The notes beneath the pieces are model-generated. The model was not told where the DNA came from. It did not search any database and was given only the letters and a program-made list of their open reading frames with translations. From Thermoplasmata archaeon (GTDB taxonomy: Archaea > Thermoplasmatota > JASEFT01 > JBBABA01), in assembly GCA_041657955.1 (NCBI GenBank), contig JBBABA010000007.1, forward strand, positions 27,117-91,116: 64,000 bases of DNA, in the 5' to 3' direction. Within the stretch, counting starts at the first letter, position 1. Every line of letters starts with the position of its first letter. A program made the translations under genes and the position numbers. Below are positions 10,801-25,800 of this stretch, one piece after another.

Positions 10801-13800
10801 AATCATATAGTGTCAACGTGCCCGTGAATACAAGTGACGTAACAATTTATTACAAAGACGATGGCGCCGGCACGCCCGTGATAAGCATCACTGGCGGCAG
10901 TTCGACAATAGATGGAAAACCAGTGAGCTGGAGTGGGGGCACCACCCAACAAACGGTTGTGGCGTCAATTATTACATCACTAAGTATAGATACGTCACCA
11001 CAGACAATTGTCGCGGGTATTCCGTCTACACCTATCATAATATCTACAGTTGATCAGTTTGGAAATCCATGCAACGTCACGAAAACCAATACATATCTAC
11101 AAACTACCCAATTGGATTTCGCGATTGAGAATGGGACAACATTAACAAATATAGATGCTAACGCAACCTACCATAGCGCTGGAGAACTCTGGTTGGCAGG
11201 TACGGGAGCGCCGAAACTCTTCGGCGGCAGTGATAAAGACATCGTTGCAGATGATTACTTCTTATCAACATATACAACACTCATTGACACACGCAATCCG
11301 ATAAACAGGACTGGAGTTATCAGTTATTATAATGTTAGCGCCCAAACAGCAGGTGCTTGTAAACTAAAGATATTCAGAAGTGTAGGTGTCGGGAGCGAAA
11401 TAAACACAATGTCCATACTATCTACAACACTCCCAAGTTCCCGAGAAAGCACATCGGCGATATGGAACGGTACGGGCGATACATACATATTTGGCGGATT
11501 CACGGGCAGCAGCTATCTGGATGCTATAGTAAAATTCAACTCAAGCACAGGAACCGTAACTACGTTGTCCTCAAAACTTCCGAGCGGAAGATCGGGCACA
11601 TCGGCGATATGGGATGGTACGAACGTATACATATTTGGCGGATATACTGGTAGTTATTTGGATCAGATTGTGAAATTCAACCCAAGTACGGGAACAGTAA
11701 TCACGCTAACCGCGACGCTTCCGAGCGGAAGATCGGGCACATCGGCGATATGGGATGGTACGAACGTATACATATTTGGCGGATACAATAGTGATGGAAA
11801 TCTGGATGAGATTGTCAAATTCAATCCGGGAACGGAAACTGTAACCACGTTGTCTGCAAAACTTCCGAGCGGGAGAACAAACACGTCGGCAGTATGGGAC
11901 GGCACAAACACATACATATTTGGCGGATACAACGATACTAGTTATTATCTAGATCAAATCGTTAAATTCAACCCAAGCACGGAAACTGCAACCACATTGT
12001 CTGCAAAACTTCCGAGCGGGAGAACAAACACATCGGCAGTATGGGACGGCACAAACGCGTACATATTTGGCGGGTATACTGGCAGTTATTTGGACCAGAT
12101 TGTGAAATTCAACCCAAGCACGGGAACAGTGACTATACTAACCGCGACGCTTCCGAGCGGAAGATCGGGCACATCAGCGATATGGGATAGTGCATGTGCG
12201 TATATCTTCGGCGGTAGCGGGGGAGGTACGAACCAAATCGTGACTGCGATGAAAATTGGTAGTTACGAGTTAGTCGGTGAAAGCGATGCGAATAACACGA
12301 TTGTTGGAGACAACATGTTTATTGTCTATTGGGGCGGCCAACCATCACCCATTCCCGTAAGAAAAGGCGACTTCATAGGCATATACCAAGAGACCACGCA
12401 AACAAAGATGAAAAGTTCAGGAGGCGCACTAAAGGCCAAAGTCGGCATAGATATAACAACTACTACATCTGCAGATACATGGGAAAGCTATCCGTACATA
12501 ATGAAAGTGAATGCTACTGGTACGGGAGTATATTTCTACAGTACGGGTTACATAACATCTACACCATTCGATACTCTCAGCGTAAGCAACTTTACTACGA
12601 TATCGTGGACATCTTATGTACCGACAGGCACATCATTAAAACTCCAGATACGCACAGCAGAAAGTAACGAGTCACTTCAAACAGCAGAATGGTATGGACC
12701 TACGGGCACGGATAGTTATTACATTGTAAACGGAGCGTTAAACTCGATACACAACGGCTCAAGATGGATTCAATACAATGCGATATTCGAGTCACCTGGC
12801 AATTTTGATACACCGATATTAAGCGACGTGACTATCCTATTCTCCTATCAAAACACTACGCTCAACTTATCATCCACTTCGCAATACGGCAGGTTTTCAT
12901 TGAGCAACATAGAATGGGTAAATGTCACTTCCGTGAATGTAACGAATATGTGGCCAGATAGCAAAACAAATGTTACAATATATTACAACGACACGCTTAC
13001 AGGCACGCCGACAATAACTATTTCATCGCCATCTATAACAGGCAACTATTCACAACAGGAGACGATAATCCCCGCCGGAATCAGTAAAACAGTGTTTATA
13101 ACACCCCCGACATCATCGTTTATTGACGAACCTTCGGATGTAATAACAATACAGACGCAGGATGAATATAGCAACCCAAAGAACGTAGGTTCAACTACGA
13201 TATTCAATCTATCATCGGATTCCGTTGGAGCATATTCTTTTTCGCTCTCGAAAACTTCGTGGAACCCTATAACAACTGTTACGATTCTTGCCAACACAAA
13301 CACAACAAACTTCTATTATAAGGATCCTGAGCAAGGCAACCCGACAATAACCGTTTGGGAATACCCGCACAATACGCCAAATGATTGGATAAACGGCACA
13401 CAATCACAAATAATTATGATGCCAATATGGACCCAAACAACAAAAACCGATTGGAATAACGGTACACTAGAACATGTCGACGTCAACACGAGCGAGGGGG
13501 ACGTGTTGATGGCGAATGAGTTTTTTCTTGACGTAAACACAACGGGTTTGTGGCATTTTAACGAAAGTAGCGGTTTCGTAGCCTACGACTCTTCGGGCAA
13601 CAACAATAACGGCAGCTTATACGGAAACACTACGATAGATAACTGCGAATCTACAATAGGGTGGAGTTCAAATCAATATGATTTTTATTCTGATTTTGCA
13701 GGGACAACCATTGATACAAATAAATTTAGATATAGTGGCGGCCCGCATGCTCAAAACGAAATACTCACGACTGGCTCCTCATCGGCCGCGTGGGGAACGA

Positions 13801-16800
13801 ACTACTTCTATTCCAAGCAGACTTTTGCAAGAATAGATGGTTTAACATTTCAGGGGAGAATGCAGACAGGCACCGCTGCTCAGAATACGATGTTTGGATG
13901 GCAGACGTCCACTGGTACTGACTATGGTACTATGCCGCATGCGTTCTATGTGCCTGATGCTAATACAATTTATTACTATGAGAATGGAGGGGGAACGGCG
14001 ACAGGATATTCCTTCACGGATGGCGTATGGTACGATGTGAAAATCGTATTAAAAACAGCAGGTGCAAAATATTATTATAAATTAACTACGTCAGACACCT
14101 GGATATTGGTGGCAGAAACATCCACAAGAACAGAAACAAGTCTTACAATCGGTTTTGACCATCACACTGGATACTGTTATATGGATAATTGGGCAGTTGG
14201 AACGGCTATGAGTTTGAACAGTGGGATAAAGATTGAGGGAAGCAATGGGCTAAACCTTCTAAAAATATCTACTACAACTAGCGATTCATACTATTACAAA
14301 ACAATCTCAGCCACAAACATGAATGAGAAGATTCTAAATGTTTCACTTTACATAAAAGATTCTACTGCTCTTGGTAAAATATTGAGAATACAGATTTATG
14401 TTGCAGATAGTTCATCATATAATTGGTATGTCCGCAAGGATATTCAACCATCGGCTTTGGCAATTGGCTGGAACAACTTGTCTTTTGACCTCGCGACGCC
14501 ATCGGGAACAACTGGCATACCTCTTCTGTATGCAACCTGCTTGATAAGAATCGACATAGATACCAACAACAACGCAGATACGTTTGCAGCGGGCGATATT
14601 GTAATGGATTTGTGGCGTTTGCCTGGATCGAGATGGGCAGAAGGAAAATTTAAGAGCGGGTTGAGTTTCGATGGGGTGGACGATTATGCAGACCTAAGCG
14701 ATACGCCCTTTGACTTTAGCAGTAGTTTTAGCATAGAGGCATGGGTTAAAACACCTGTCGCGAGCTCGAGTAACTGTATACTCTGGAAGACAAATTCATA
14801 CGGCATAGGTTATGGCAACACAGGGGCAGGTGGTATTGCTAACCAATTTGGATTCCATATATATAGCGGCACGGCATGGACAACAGCAAATGCCGGCGAA
14901 ACAGTTGCATTGAATACATGGCATCATGTGGTTGTAGTGTTTAATAATGATTTAGATACAATAAAGATATATGTGAATGGCGTCGAGAAAGGCAGTGCCT
15001 CTTATACATCTGTTGCCTCCAATTCGGCATATAATTTCCACATCGGGAATTATGATTTCTCACCAGATGGAGGATATTTCAACGGCACAATCGATGAAGT
15101 TGCAACCTACAACCGTGCTCTAACAGCAAGCGAAATCTATAACAATTATCTAAACTCCTCAAAGAATAAAATCACTTCAGCGATATTCGATGCCGGTCAA
15201 ACAGTATATCTCTCTCAAATCTCATGGAACGAAACAGTTGTAAACAATACTGATATAAAAACGAGTGTCAGAACTTCGATGGACGGCAGTAGTTGGAGTG
15301 ATTGGATGCCAACTGTATCCACCTCTTCGGGTTCGGGAATAAATAACGGTACGAATTATACAGGATATAGATATAAGAAACCAATAAATATAATAAATAG
15401 CGGGAGCGCGTTAACAGATTATCAAGTCCTGATTCAAAACCCTGTTTACAACGAGAGCAACTTAACCGGAAGTTGGCACTTTAATGAGGGCACGGCAACG
15501 TATACTCCCGACTCCTCCGGAAATTTAAATGATGGCACCTTAAATAATGGGCCTTTTTATGCGGATAATGGGGCATGGGGCAAAGCGTTGAATTTTGACG
15601 GTAACAACGATTATATATCGATCTCAAGCCAACCTTCTCTTAATCCAACTAGTGCGATCACAATAGAGTTTTGGGTTAATTTTGATACTCTGAGCAATGA
15701 TGATTATCTACTCTGGAAAATCAATCAGTATGGGATAGGATACAGCATAAACGCTGCAGGTTTTACCCTCAACAAGTTAAATTTCGCAGTAATGTCAGGT
15801 GGTGCTTGGAAGGTTGTTCCTAGCATTACGACGCCTACTACTGGCCAGTGGTATCATTTGGTAGGAACTTATAACGGCACTATACAAAAATTCTACATAA
15901 ACGGGGTGTTGGACAACTCTCTCTCATGGAGCGGAACAATCGACACAAATACAAATAACATTGGGATAGGAGCATATGCAACCCCCGGTGGATATATGGA
16001 CGGCTCCATCGACGAAGTCCGTATTTACAGCCGCGCCCTAAACCAAAGCGAAATTGGCGACTTATACAATATATCAACAAGAAAAGCAAAATTGGATTAC
16101 AGCGATGTCAGATTTTATTCCGCAGATGGAGTAGAGTTAAACTATTGGCAGCAGGGCGAGAATAAAACCTGGGTGAAGATACCATCCCTGCCCACGGGCA
16201 CGACCACGATATATGCGTATTATGGAAATCCGAATGTTACGAGTGCAAGCAACGGGAATAACGTCTTTATGTTTTTCGACGACTTCACAGGTTCCTCGAT
16301 AGACACAAACAAATGGCAGTGCAGCAACTATGATACCGCAACAAAATACCAGTTTGTAGAAAACAATATGCTAAAGGTGACTGGTGGTACTGGTAGCTGG
16401 AATACGGGGATGTATACCAAGCAGACCTTCGCGAGAGGAAAGTGGCTTGTGGAGGCGGATCTCAAACCTTACAGTAGTACAAGCCATCAGCTCATGTGGG
16501 GCGTGGATAAGGCATCACCAGCAACGTATTCATACGACCAGTATCCATATAATTACTACTATTATAGTTCGTATATCGATGTATATGAATATAGTGCTCA
16601 GAGAGTAGATAATGTAGAACCGTTTACTCTGAATATCTGGGCCAAACTTAGAATTAATGTAAAAGAGAGTTCGGGGGCAACATATTACATAAGTAACAAT
16701 GGTGGCCTTACATGGGAACAACAGTATGATTCCAGCACGGATTCTACCACACCTTTAAGAATCGGGTATGCTGGCTGTGATATGGGCTTCTATATCGACA

Positions 16801-19800
16801 ATTGGTTCATCCGCAAATATGCCTCCGTTGAGCCAACGGTTTCCATGGGTGGAGAAGTATTGGAGTGCGTAAGTTCATCTGCATCGGGCTATCCCCCCAA
16901 TGTCAATCAAAGTATGTTCAATACATCTTACCCTGCTTCCGGTCGTTATATTCAATTCAAAGCAGAGTTAATATCTACTACAAACACGACGCCTGTTTTA
17001 AGCGATGTGAATATTACCTACAGCAAAAAACCAGTCTGGACACAAACAGGAAAAGAGGATTTTGCAAAGGGAACTCTAACAAATTTGGACATGAACACCA
17101 CAGAAGGCGAGTTAAAACTGTACACTTGGTGGAATAATGGCTGGCATTATAGAGTTAAGGTGATAGTGAATACAGGTTATGCGTCAAGAATAAACCAAAC
17201 AATAAAAACACGGATTAATTTTACCGCGATTCTGTCTGGGCTTGGAGATAGTGGAACAATAGACCAAAACTCGATTAGAGTAATAAATTACAGGGGAGAA
17301 GAAGTCGATAGCAATGTTACGCGGTGGATATTTGCAGGAGACGGGATGGTTAAATGGAAATTAAGGGGATACCATGAAAAGGAAACGAATTATGTATATT
17401 TCATATACTTCGATATAACAGAAAACGGTGCGAAGAGTGCGCCAACAGGATATTCGCTGCCGAATGATTATGTGTTGGCTACGCACGCCACTGTCTCAGG
17501 TGCTGGTGGGGCAGGAGGGGGAATATATATAGCTCACATTGACGGAAATGGCAATGTAATCAACGACGCATTAAAATGGACAAAACTTTCCCCACCTGGA
17601 AATCAGGATTATACTACTTTAGCAATGGCAGACTTAGATAATGATGGTGACTATGATTTTATAAATTGTGTAGAAGTGAGTAACCTCTTACAGGTTCACC
17701 TGAACAAAGGCGATGAAACGTTCGTCACATCGTGGAGCACAACCTCATTCTATAGCGACTGGTCCAGCATAGTATTAGGTGATTTTAATGAGGATGGGTG
17801 GATGGATTTCGCATCGTTCCTCGACATAGGTGGAGATGCAAACTCCGATTTCTACGTTTTCCTTAACAACAAAGACGGCTCTTTTACACAAAAGTTTGTA
17901 GATGCAGGTGCAGGTTGGGATGCAAGAAGAGCTATCTCAGGTGATTTTGATAACGACAACAATATTGACGTAATATTCGGGTCTGTGAATAAAGGATTGG
18001 AAGTATTTTGGGGCGACGGAACAGGTAATTTCAAAGGCGGAGGTTTTGTTAGCGATTGGAGCGGGGACTTCCACGGGATGTGGGCAGTAGATTATGACCG
18101 TGATGGGTATTTGGATATATTTTTGAGAGGAAACAACAATGGAAAAGTCATAAAGAATCTCGGCAACAGAACATTCAATTATTCCGCAGGCGCCACTTTC
18201 TTGAATACAGGGATAGATTGGGGCGGCGGAAATGTTTTCGATTTGAACAATGACGGTTTGACGGACATTGCATTAGGCTCTTGGACAAGCGGCGGCTCAC
18301 AACTCTTTATATGTTATGGGAACACTGCAAATTGGTTCAATAACAGCGTAGTATTTGCAGACCTTTCCACAAAGGACGTTGTAGATCAATACTTTATGGA
18401 ATGGGGCGGGCCGGAATATGCCAAGGGATTAAACATTACCGTGGGCGTTGCCAATAAATCATCAAACATTAACGGCAGTATTGTTTCCAATATACTCGAT
18501 GCGGGGCAAAATGTAAAATGGGAAAACATATCTTGGAGCGCGGAAGCTAATGCCCCGACAACCCTGTATTATATAAAAACAAGAACTTCTCCGGATTTGG
18601 TATCGTGGAGCAATTGGTCGTCAATCTATACGAACCCAACACGGTCCCCGATTACAAGTCCGAATGCGAGATATATTCAATGGAAAGTGGAGCTTACTAC
18701 GGCAGACCCGACAATGACTCCCATATTAAAGGGCGTTACACTCTTCTATTCCTTAGCTTTCTCTGACACTACGCTGCCAACAATCACGGCTGTGCAGGCA
18801 AACGAGATTACATGGGATTCCAGACAGGTTAAATGGTGGACAGACGAGTTCGCAAACAGCACCGTAAGGTATGGGCCAAGTGAAAGTTATACAGATACAA
18901 TTTATCAAGACAACTATACACTGGAGCACGGCGTTCCGTTGACAAACCTAAAGGTGAACAGGACATATCATTATAACATCAGCAGTTCTGATTATAATGG
19001 CAATGTAGCTAACACGACTGACGATACGTTCGTAACAAATCAGTTTGCAACGTGGTTGCAGACTACAAAAGATGATTTTACTGCAGGCACATTGGATAAA
19101 ATTGACATAAACAGCAGCGCCGGAGATGTGAAAGTGAAAAGCGGCGAGACTTCGGGTACTATCACATCACAAATATACGATACAAATGATTGGGCGACAT
19201 GGAAGAATGTAACCTCAAATATTTCGTTGCCGTGGACTCAGACGAGCAAGACGGACTTCGGAGCAGGTACACTAAATAATACGGATATAAACAGCAGTGC
19301 AGGGGATGTGAAATTAAATATGGATCCGAGCAGGGGCACTGGAAAAGACGGGGCGTTAACAGTAACTGCTGCCAACACGATAGTTAACATTTATACATAT
19401 ACATCAGCAGATTATGCACCGGGTGCGGCGGCCATAGTCGTAAACAGCGCAACGGGATTCTCTACAGGTGACGAGGTTCTGATTATTCAACTGCAGGGAA
19501 CAAATGTCGGAGCATACGAATTCAAAACAATCACTGTGAGCGGCAATACATTCACCTTGAACAGCACTCTTACAAAGAACTTCTACGGCAGTGGAAGCAA
19601 CAGGAACAATGTGATACGGGTTCCACACTATACTGATGTTACTGTAAGCGGCAGCGGAAGTATTACTGCTTCTGCCTGGGATGGAACAAAGGGTGGTGTA
19701 GTAGTCTTCAGGGCGACTGGAACAGTAGGTGTGTTGGCATCATCCTCAGTAGTTCTAGGGAATCAAATAGACTTAAAAGGGAGTGGATGCCGCGTTGCGA

Positions 19801-22800
19801 GCAGTGCAGGATACTATAGCAACATTGCGGGAAACGTATGGTATATGTGGGATTATGGAGACACTACACCTCTTTACTTCCCGATAAATCTCATCGACGA
19901 CCAGGAAACGTCCGGCTCCAATGCATATTATTGGATGGAAAACGAGGCAACTTCGTATATTTACATCGACTTAACATATCCAAGGTGGTTGGGAAAAGCG
20001 GAGATTAATAATTATAACACTGGCAGCGATAGGGGCAACACCAGATACACTATCCAATATAACCCGACGTATTTCGATGCTAGTAAAGTGCCATCCGACA
20101 TGGGTGGCAGTTGGGTAACAGTAACTGCTTCTGCGAGTTCGCCGTATTCGAACCCTGGAACTATGAATGCACAGACTACGGGTTTCGTCGAATTTGATGC
20201 GCCCGTTTATACAAGATATGTTCGAATATATGCAGAAAGAATGACAGTTACTTATCTCACTTTAAACGAGATTAACTTATGGGAAGCTGCCGTTCCGAGT
20301 ATTGATGCAAGCGGCAAAGGATATAGGGGCGGAAGCGCAGACGGTGCAGCTTGGTCTTCTACGTATGCATACACGGGCGAAAGTTGGAATGGCGTTGGTG
20401 CCCGTGGACCGGGCGTTAATCAGGGGGGAGGCGGTGGCAGCATGATTGCCACTGGCGGTGCAGGTGCAGCTCATGCCACCAATGGACTCGCAGGAGCATA
20501 CTGCCATTCTTCATACAATTACACGGGCACTGCTTCAACTAACCAATACGGTACTACAAGTCTGTCAACGATATACCCCGGATCCGGTGGTGGCGGGGGA
20601 GGCGACGGCTACAGTGGCCCCAACGGCTCACCCGCAAACTCTTGGGGAAGATATGATTCATCGGGTACGAGGGGCGATGGCGGGGCAGGCGGAGGGATCA
20701 TAATGATCTTTGCAAATACGATAACAGTTACGGGCAAAATTAAAGCAGACGGAGGTTATGGACAACCAGGATACATATCCCAAACAAATTGTATCGGTGC
20801 CGGAGGCGGGGGCGGAGGCTCGGGCGGAAGCATATATCTCTTAAGTTCCACAATAAGCATAACTGGCGCTGGTTCTATAACTGCAGTAGGCGGCGGCGGT
20901 GGCAGTGCATATACGAGTGGATACAAATATGTTGTTGACGGTTCGTGGGCGCAGGACCCGATAGGTGGAAATGGCGGCAACGGCAGAATAAGATTGGATT
21001 ATACGACATTAACGGGTGCAACGAACCCAACCGCGTATATTGGTCCGTCTCCCCCTTCTCCTCCTTCACCCACGGGATATATTAGATCTCAGGTTTTCGA
21101 TGCCGGCGTTGTGGCACAGTGGGACAGCATAAACTGGACAGAGAACCTGCCGACAGGCACAGATATAACCATTCAAACAAGCACATCTCAAGACTGTATA
21201 TCATGGACTGAGTGGTCATCCTATACTATCGCTACAGGAGAGAAAATTACAAGCCCGAATGCTAGATACATACAATGGAACGCTACGTTAACCACCACGG
21301 ATTCTTCAAAAACACCGATATTAAGCGATGTAATCGTGACAATGATGTTAACGAACGCAGTCCAAAGCAGGACGTCCCCGGATAACATTACGTGGAGTGA
21401 TTGGACTGCTATTGTAAATAATCAAACGTCTAGTCCGAGCGGTAGATGTTTCCAGTGGAGAGCCCAACTCACTTTATCAGCAAGCGGAGAAACTCCGATT
21501 CTGCATGAAGTTTTGGTGAATTATACATATTTGACAGAAACAGATGATCCAATAATATCCAATGTAGCGAGCAGCAACATTGAGGCGACGAAAGCAACAA
21601 TCATGTGGGATACGAACGAGTTTACGAATGCTACGCTTGAATATGGCCCGACAATAAGTTATGGGATTACGATTAATATCACAACCTTCAAGTCAGGGCA
21701 CTCTGCAACACTGACAGGTTTGACGAGAAATTCGGTGTATCATTATAAAGTAAAGAGTTACGATTATTTCGGAAACGATGCTGTATCCGGTGATTACACG
21801 TTTACCACAGCGAATACATTCGATATATATCATACGACAAAAGATGATTGGGCCTCGGGCAACTTATCGAATGTGGATATTAACACTACTGTAGGAGATG
21901 TGAAATTAGTACTACCGAATGCAACAGGCGACCTCACATCGATTATCTTTGATGCTGGCGACAAAGTATATCTGAGCAATGTAACTTGGAATAAGGGGAC
22001 GCCCACAGGCATCGGTGGTGCGGGTATAATTGTTCAGGTTCGAACATCTATGGATAATATAACATGGAGCGACTGGACAACAGCAACATCCACATCGGGC
22101 TTCGGACCGATGAACGGCTCTGCTCCCATGTCTGGCAAATACTTCCAGTATAAAGCAAACCTCACGGGAAATGCCGTGCCGAACAGCGGGTTTGAGAATG
22201 ATTGGGCAAATTGGAGCACTAGAGATTCTTGGAGTTCTATTGCACTAGATGATTATTATAGCGGCACAAGAGCAGCGAGACTTAACGCCGTCGGAAGAGG
22301 GGCTGAGACGGATGTATACCAAAACGACGCAGAGGTATTCGGCGTTTCAGCATCTACACAGTATACGCTATATGCCTATGTAAAGCAAAAGGCAGGCACA
22401 GGGAATTATAAGATAACAATAGACTGGCTGACAAACGCAAAAGCCCACATATCATATTCCAATGACTGGACAGGTACGAATAAACCCCAGGTATGGACGC
22501 TGCATACATGGACTGGAACGTCGCCCGCGAATGCAGCCTACGCGAAGATAATATTGGGTGCGGCAGACGGCAACGAATTCTTATTTGATGATGTGAGATT
22601 TGTTGGTGGAAATAGTAGCACTACACATATATTAAATGACATTACAATTAGAGGAAGTTATGATACACTAACATCGATGCAAACAACAAAAGAAGATTTC
22701 AATACGGGCACAAAGGACAATAGCAACAATACCGAACTCGCAGAGAGCGGAAGCTTGAAACTTAACGAAAGAATAGGCACAACTAACTTGGCACTCGGTA

Positions 22801-25800
22801 AACCAGTGCTCAGCAGTGAAGGGCATTACAGTGGCGTGGCGGGAGGAGTTTGGTATACATCTGGAACTATAGAATATCACACCTTTAACTTAGTTGATGG
22901 CGACAAGTCCACTGCCTATACTGCATATTGGTTGGAGGACAATCCATCTGACACATCAAATTTATATGTTGACCTATTAGAAAAGAAGTGGATAGGCAAG
23001 ATTTATCTAAATGAGGCAAGTCAGCATGGTACAACATGGAGTTATAGAATATATTACAATACAAATGATTGGAATGGTGTTTGGTCAACAATCAGCTCCG
23101 CTACATGGGCGATGGTGGATTCTGCCGATTGTCAAGGCTCGATGAATCAAAATGAGGTTCGTTCTATTTACCTAAATACGCCGGTATATACAAGATTCAT
23201 AAACGTTACAATAGTGAAAATAAGCGGGGATTATGCTGTGTTGAATGAGATAGAGGTCTATGAATATCTAAAGCCGAATAACACAACGTATACATCACCC
23301 GTATGCGACGCAGGACAGCAGGTTGTATGGGATAACATCAACTGGAAATCAACCACTTCCAATTGGTATAGTTCTTCATGGACAAACAGAACGGTTATAA
23401 GAATTACAAACGATGGCGGCACGCTTACAGACTATCAGATAAAATTGATAGTGCCGTATATGTCGGGGATGCAGACAGACTTCGACGACATAAGATTCAC
23501 AACGGATGATGGAACTGTATTAATTCCATATTGGATCGGAAACTATACAGCCGGTTCGAATGCGGTTGTGTGGGTCAGGGTGCCAACTATTTCTGCTTTT
23601 GGTACGACTACGATATATATGTATTATGGAAACTCGGGTATTGTCAGTGCAAGCGGCTTTGATAACACCTTCGCCCAACCAAATTCTGTTAATGGGTTAA
23701 AACTCTGGCTTAAAGCCGACACAATTATAGGATTGACCGATGGAAGTGCGGTTACCACATGGACAGATTCGTCGGGCAACGGCAATAGTGTTACACAATC
23801 TACAGAAAGCAAGAAACCAGTATATAAAACAAATATTTTGAATGGAAAACCAGCAGTAAGGTTTACTGCAGCCGCATCGCAGACTATGACTACCTCTACT
23901 AACTTCCCAGCGCCGGTAACTGTGATTTACGTGGCACGTTTAACAGGCGGTGCAAATGCTAGAATGCTATCTGGTTTATCTAATAACTGGCTATTGGGGT
24001 TCTATGGCGGAACAAAAAATGATGTTTATTTCGAGGGTTGGGTTTATGACAGCACAGTAACGGCAGATACTAATTGGTATATCTTTAGTACAGTCATAAC
24101 AGGAACTGGAGTTAACTCAAAAGTTTATGATGGTGGAACTCTTTTTGCGGCAAATCAAGCTGGAATAACTGGACCAAACGGTTTGTCTCTGAGCGGCCAT
24201 CTGGCAGGGAGCGAATTCTCTAATGGAGAAATTGTAGAAGTTATTGTTTACAACCGCAGTCTCAGTGATATCGAACGCCAAAGTATTGAACGAATACTCA
24301 GTGCAAAATATAATCTATATTTATCAGCACCTGTGCCGTATTATGCATTCGACATAACTCCAGAGTGGTATAATTCGGCATGGAGTTCTAGAAAACCGAT
24401 TATAATAACCAATCCCAGTAGTTTGGTTACAGATATTCCTGTAAAAATTATATTGCCGTACCAAACTGGAATGCAAACCAATTTCAATGATATAAGATTT
24501 ACAACAAACGACGGCAAGACAGAAATACCATATTGGATAGAGAACTATACGGCGAGCACACAGATTACGTTGTGGGTGAAAGTGCCTGTGTTGTATGCTA
24601 TGACAAACAGCACGATATATGCATACTACGGGAATGGCGCTGTAGGCAATGTAAGCAGTTCGGTAAATGTGTGGGGCAGCGGGCTTGCCGGATTCTGGCG
24701 ATTTAATGATGGAAGTGGACAGATAGCAAATGACACCTCGCCAAACGGCAACGATGGCATCTTGGGTTCTACATCGGGTGCAGATGCGAACGACCCGATA
24801 TGGGTTGACGGAAAGCTTGGAAAGGCGCTCCAGTTTGATGGAAGCAACGATTATGTTGAAACGCTCGAATCACCATCATTGGCAGTAACTACGCAGTGTA
24901 CGGTAGAGGCGTGGTTTAGAACAACATACAGCGGTCAAGAAAAGATTGTTCGTCTAAAAGGGGCATCTGATAACGGAGTCGAGATGGAGGTTTCTGGGAC
25001 TAAGAAAGCCAGAGTTTCCGCGTATTTGGGCTCTTGGGTAAACGTTGAATATTCTGCTGGACCGGATCTTAATGACGGGAATTGGCACCACATTGTTTGT
25101 GTTGTGGATGGAACGAGTATGAAACTGTATGTTGATGGCACATATATTAACAGCGGGACCGGCTCAGCAAATCTCAATACCGGCAATGCAAAGGTTCGGA
25201 TAGGATTACACCCCTCCGGCGGTCTACCGTTTAACGGACCTATCGACGAGGTAAAAGTATACAATCGCGCACTAACCCTGGACGAAATCAAAGCCCATTA
25301 TGCTTCATATGTAGTGAACCCGACGTCTGAGTGGTACTCCCTGTCGTGGTATGATTATAGTTGGTCGCAGAAAAAACCTGTTTGGGTAATAAACAGCGGC
25401 AGCGAACTTACAAACTATCAGGTAAGAATAACGGTAAATTACGAGAGTGGAATGCTTGGCAACTTCAGCGACCTGAGGTTTACAAAAAACGACGGGGTTA
25501 CGTTGATTCCATATTACATACAGAATTATACAGCGGGCACACAAGCAACAGTTTGGGTTAATATATCCTTGCTGCCCGCTTCAACTAATACGATGATATA
25601 TATGTATTATGGAAATCCGAGCGCTGCCTCGGCAAGCAATGGAACGAATACCTTTGAATTTTTTGATGATTTTGAGGATGGTAGCATTGCAGATTGGGGT
25701 CAAGCGAGTGGTGCGGGGGGGTCGGTATCAACAGCTTTTGTAAAAACGGGCGTATATTCATTAAAACAAGACACAACAACAATTTATGCAGAATTATATA

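Noticed and set aside
11430-12255. 141-150-bp direct repeats as a possible CRISPR array or mobile-element signature
   Set aside because: They are in frame inside the giant ORF, encode Kelch blades and lack spacer-like unique segments.
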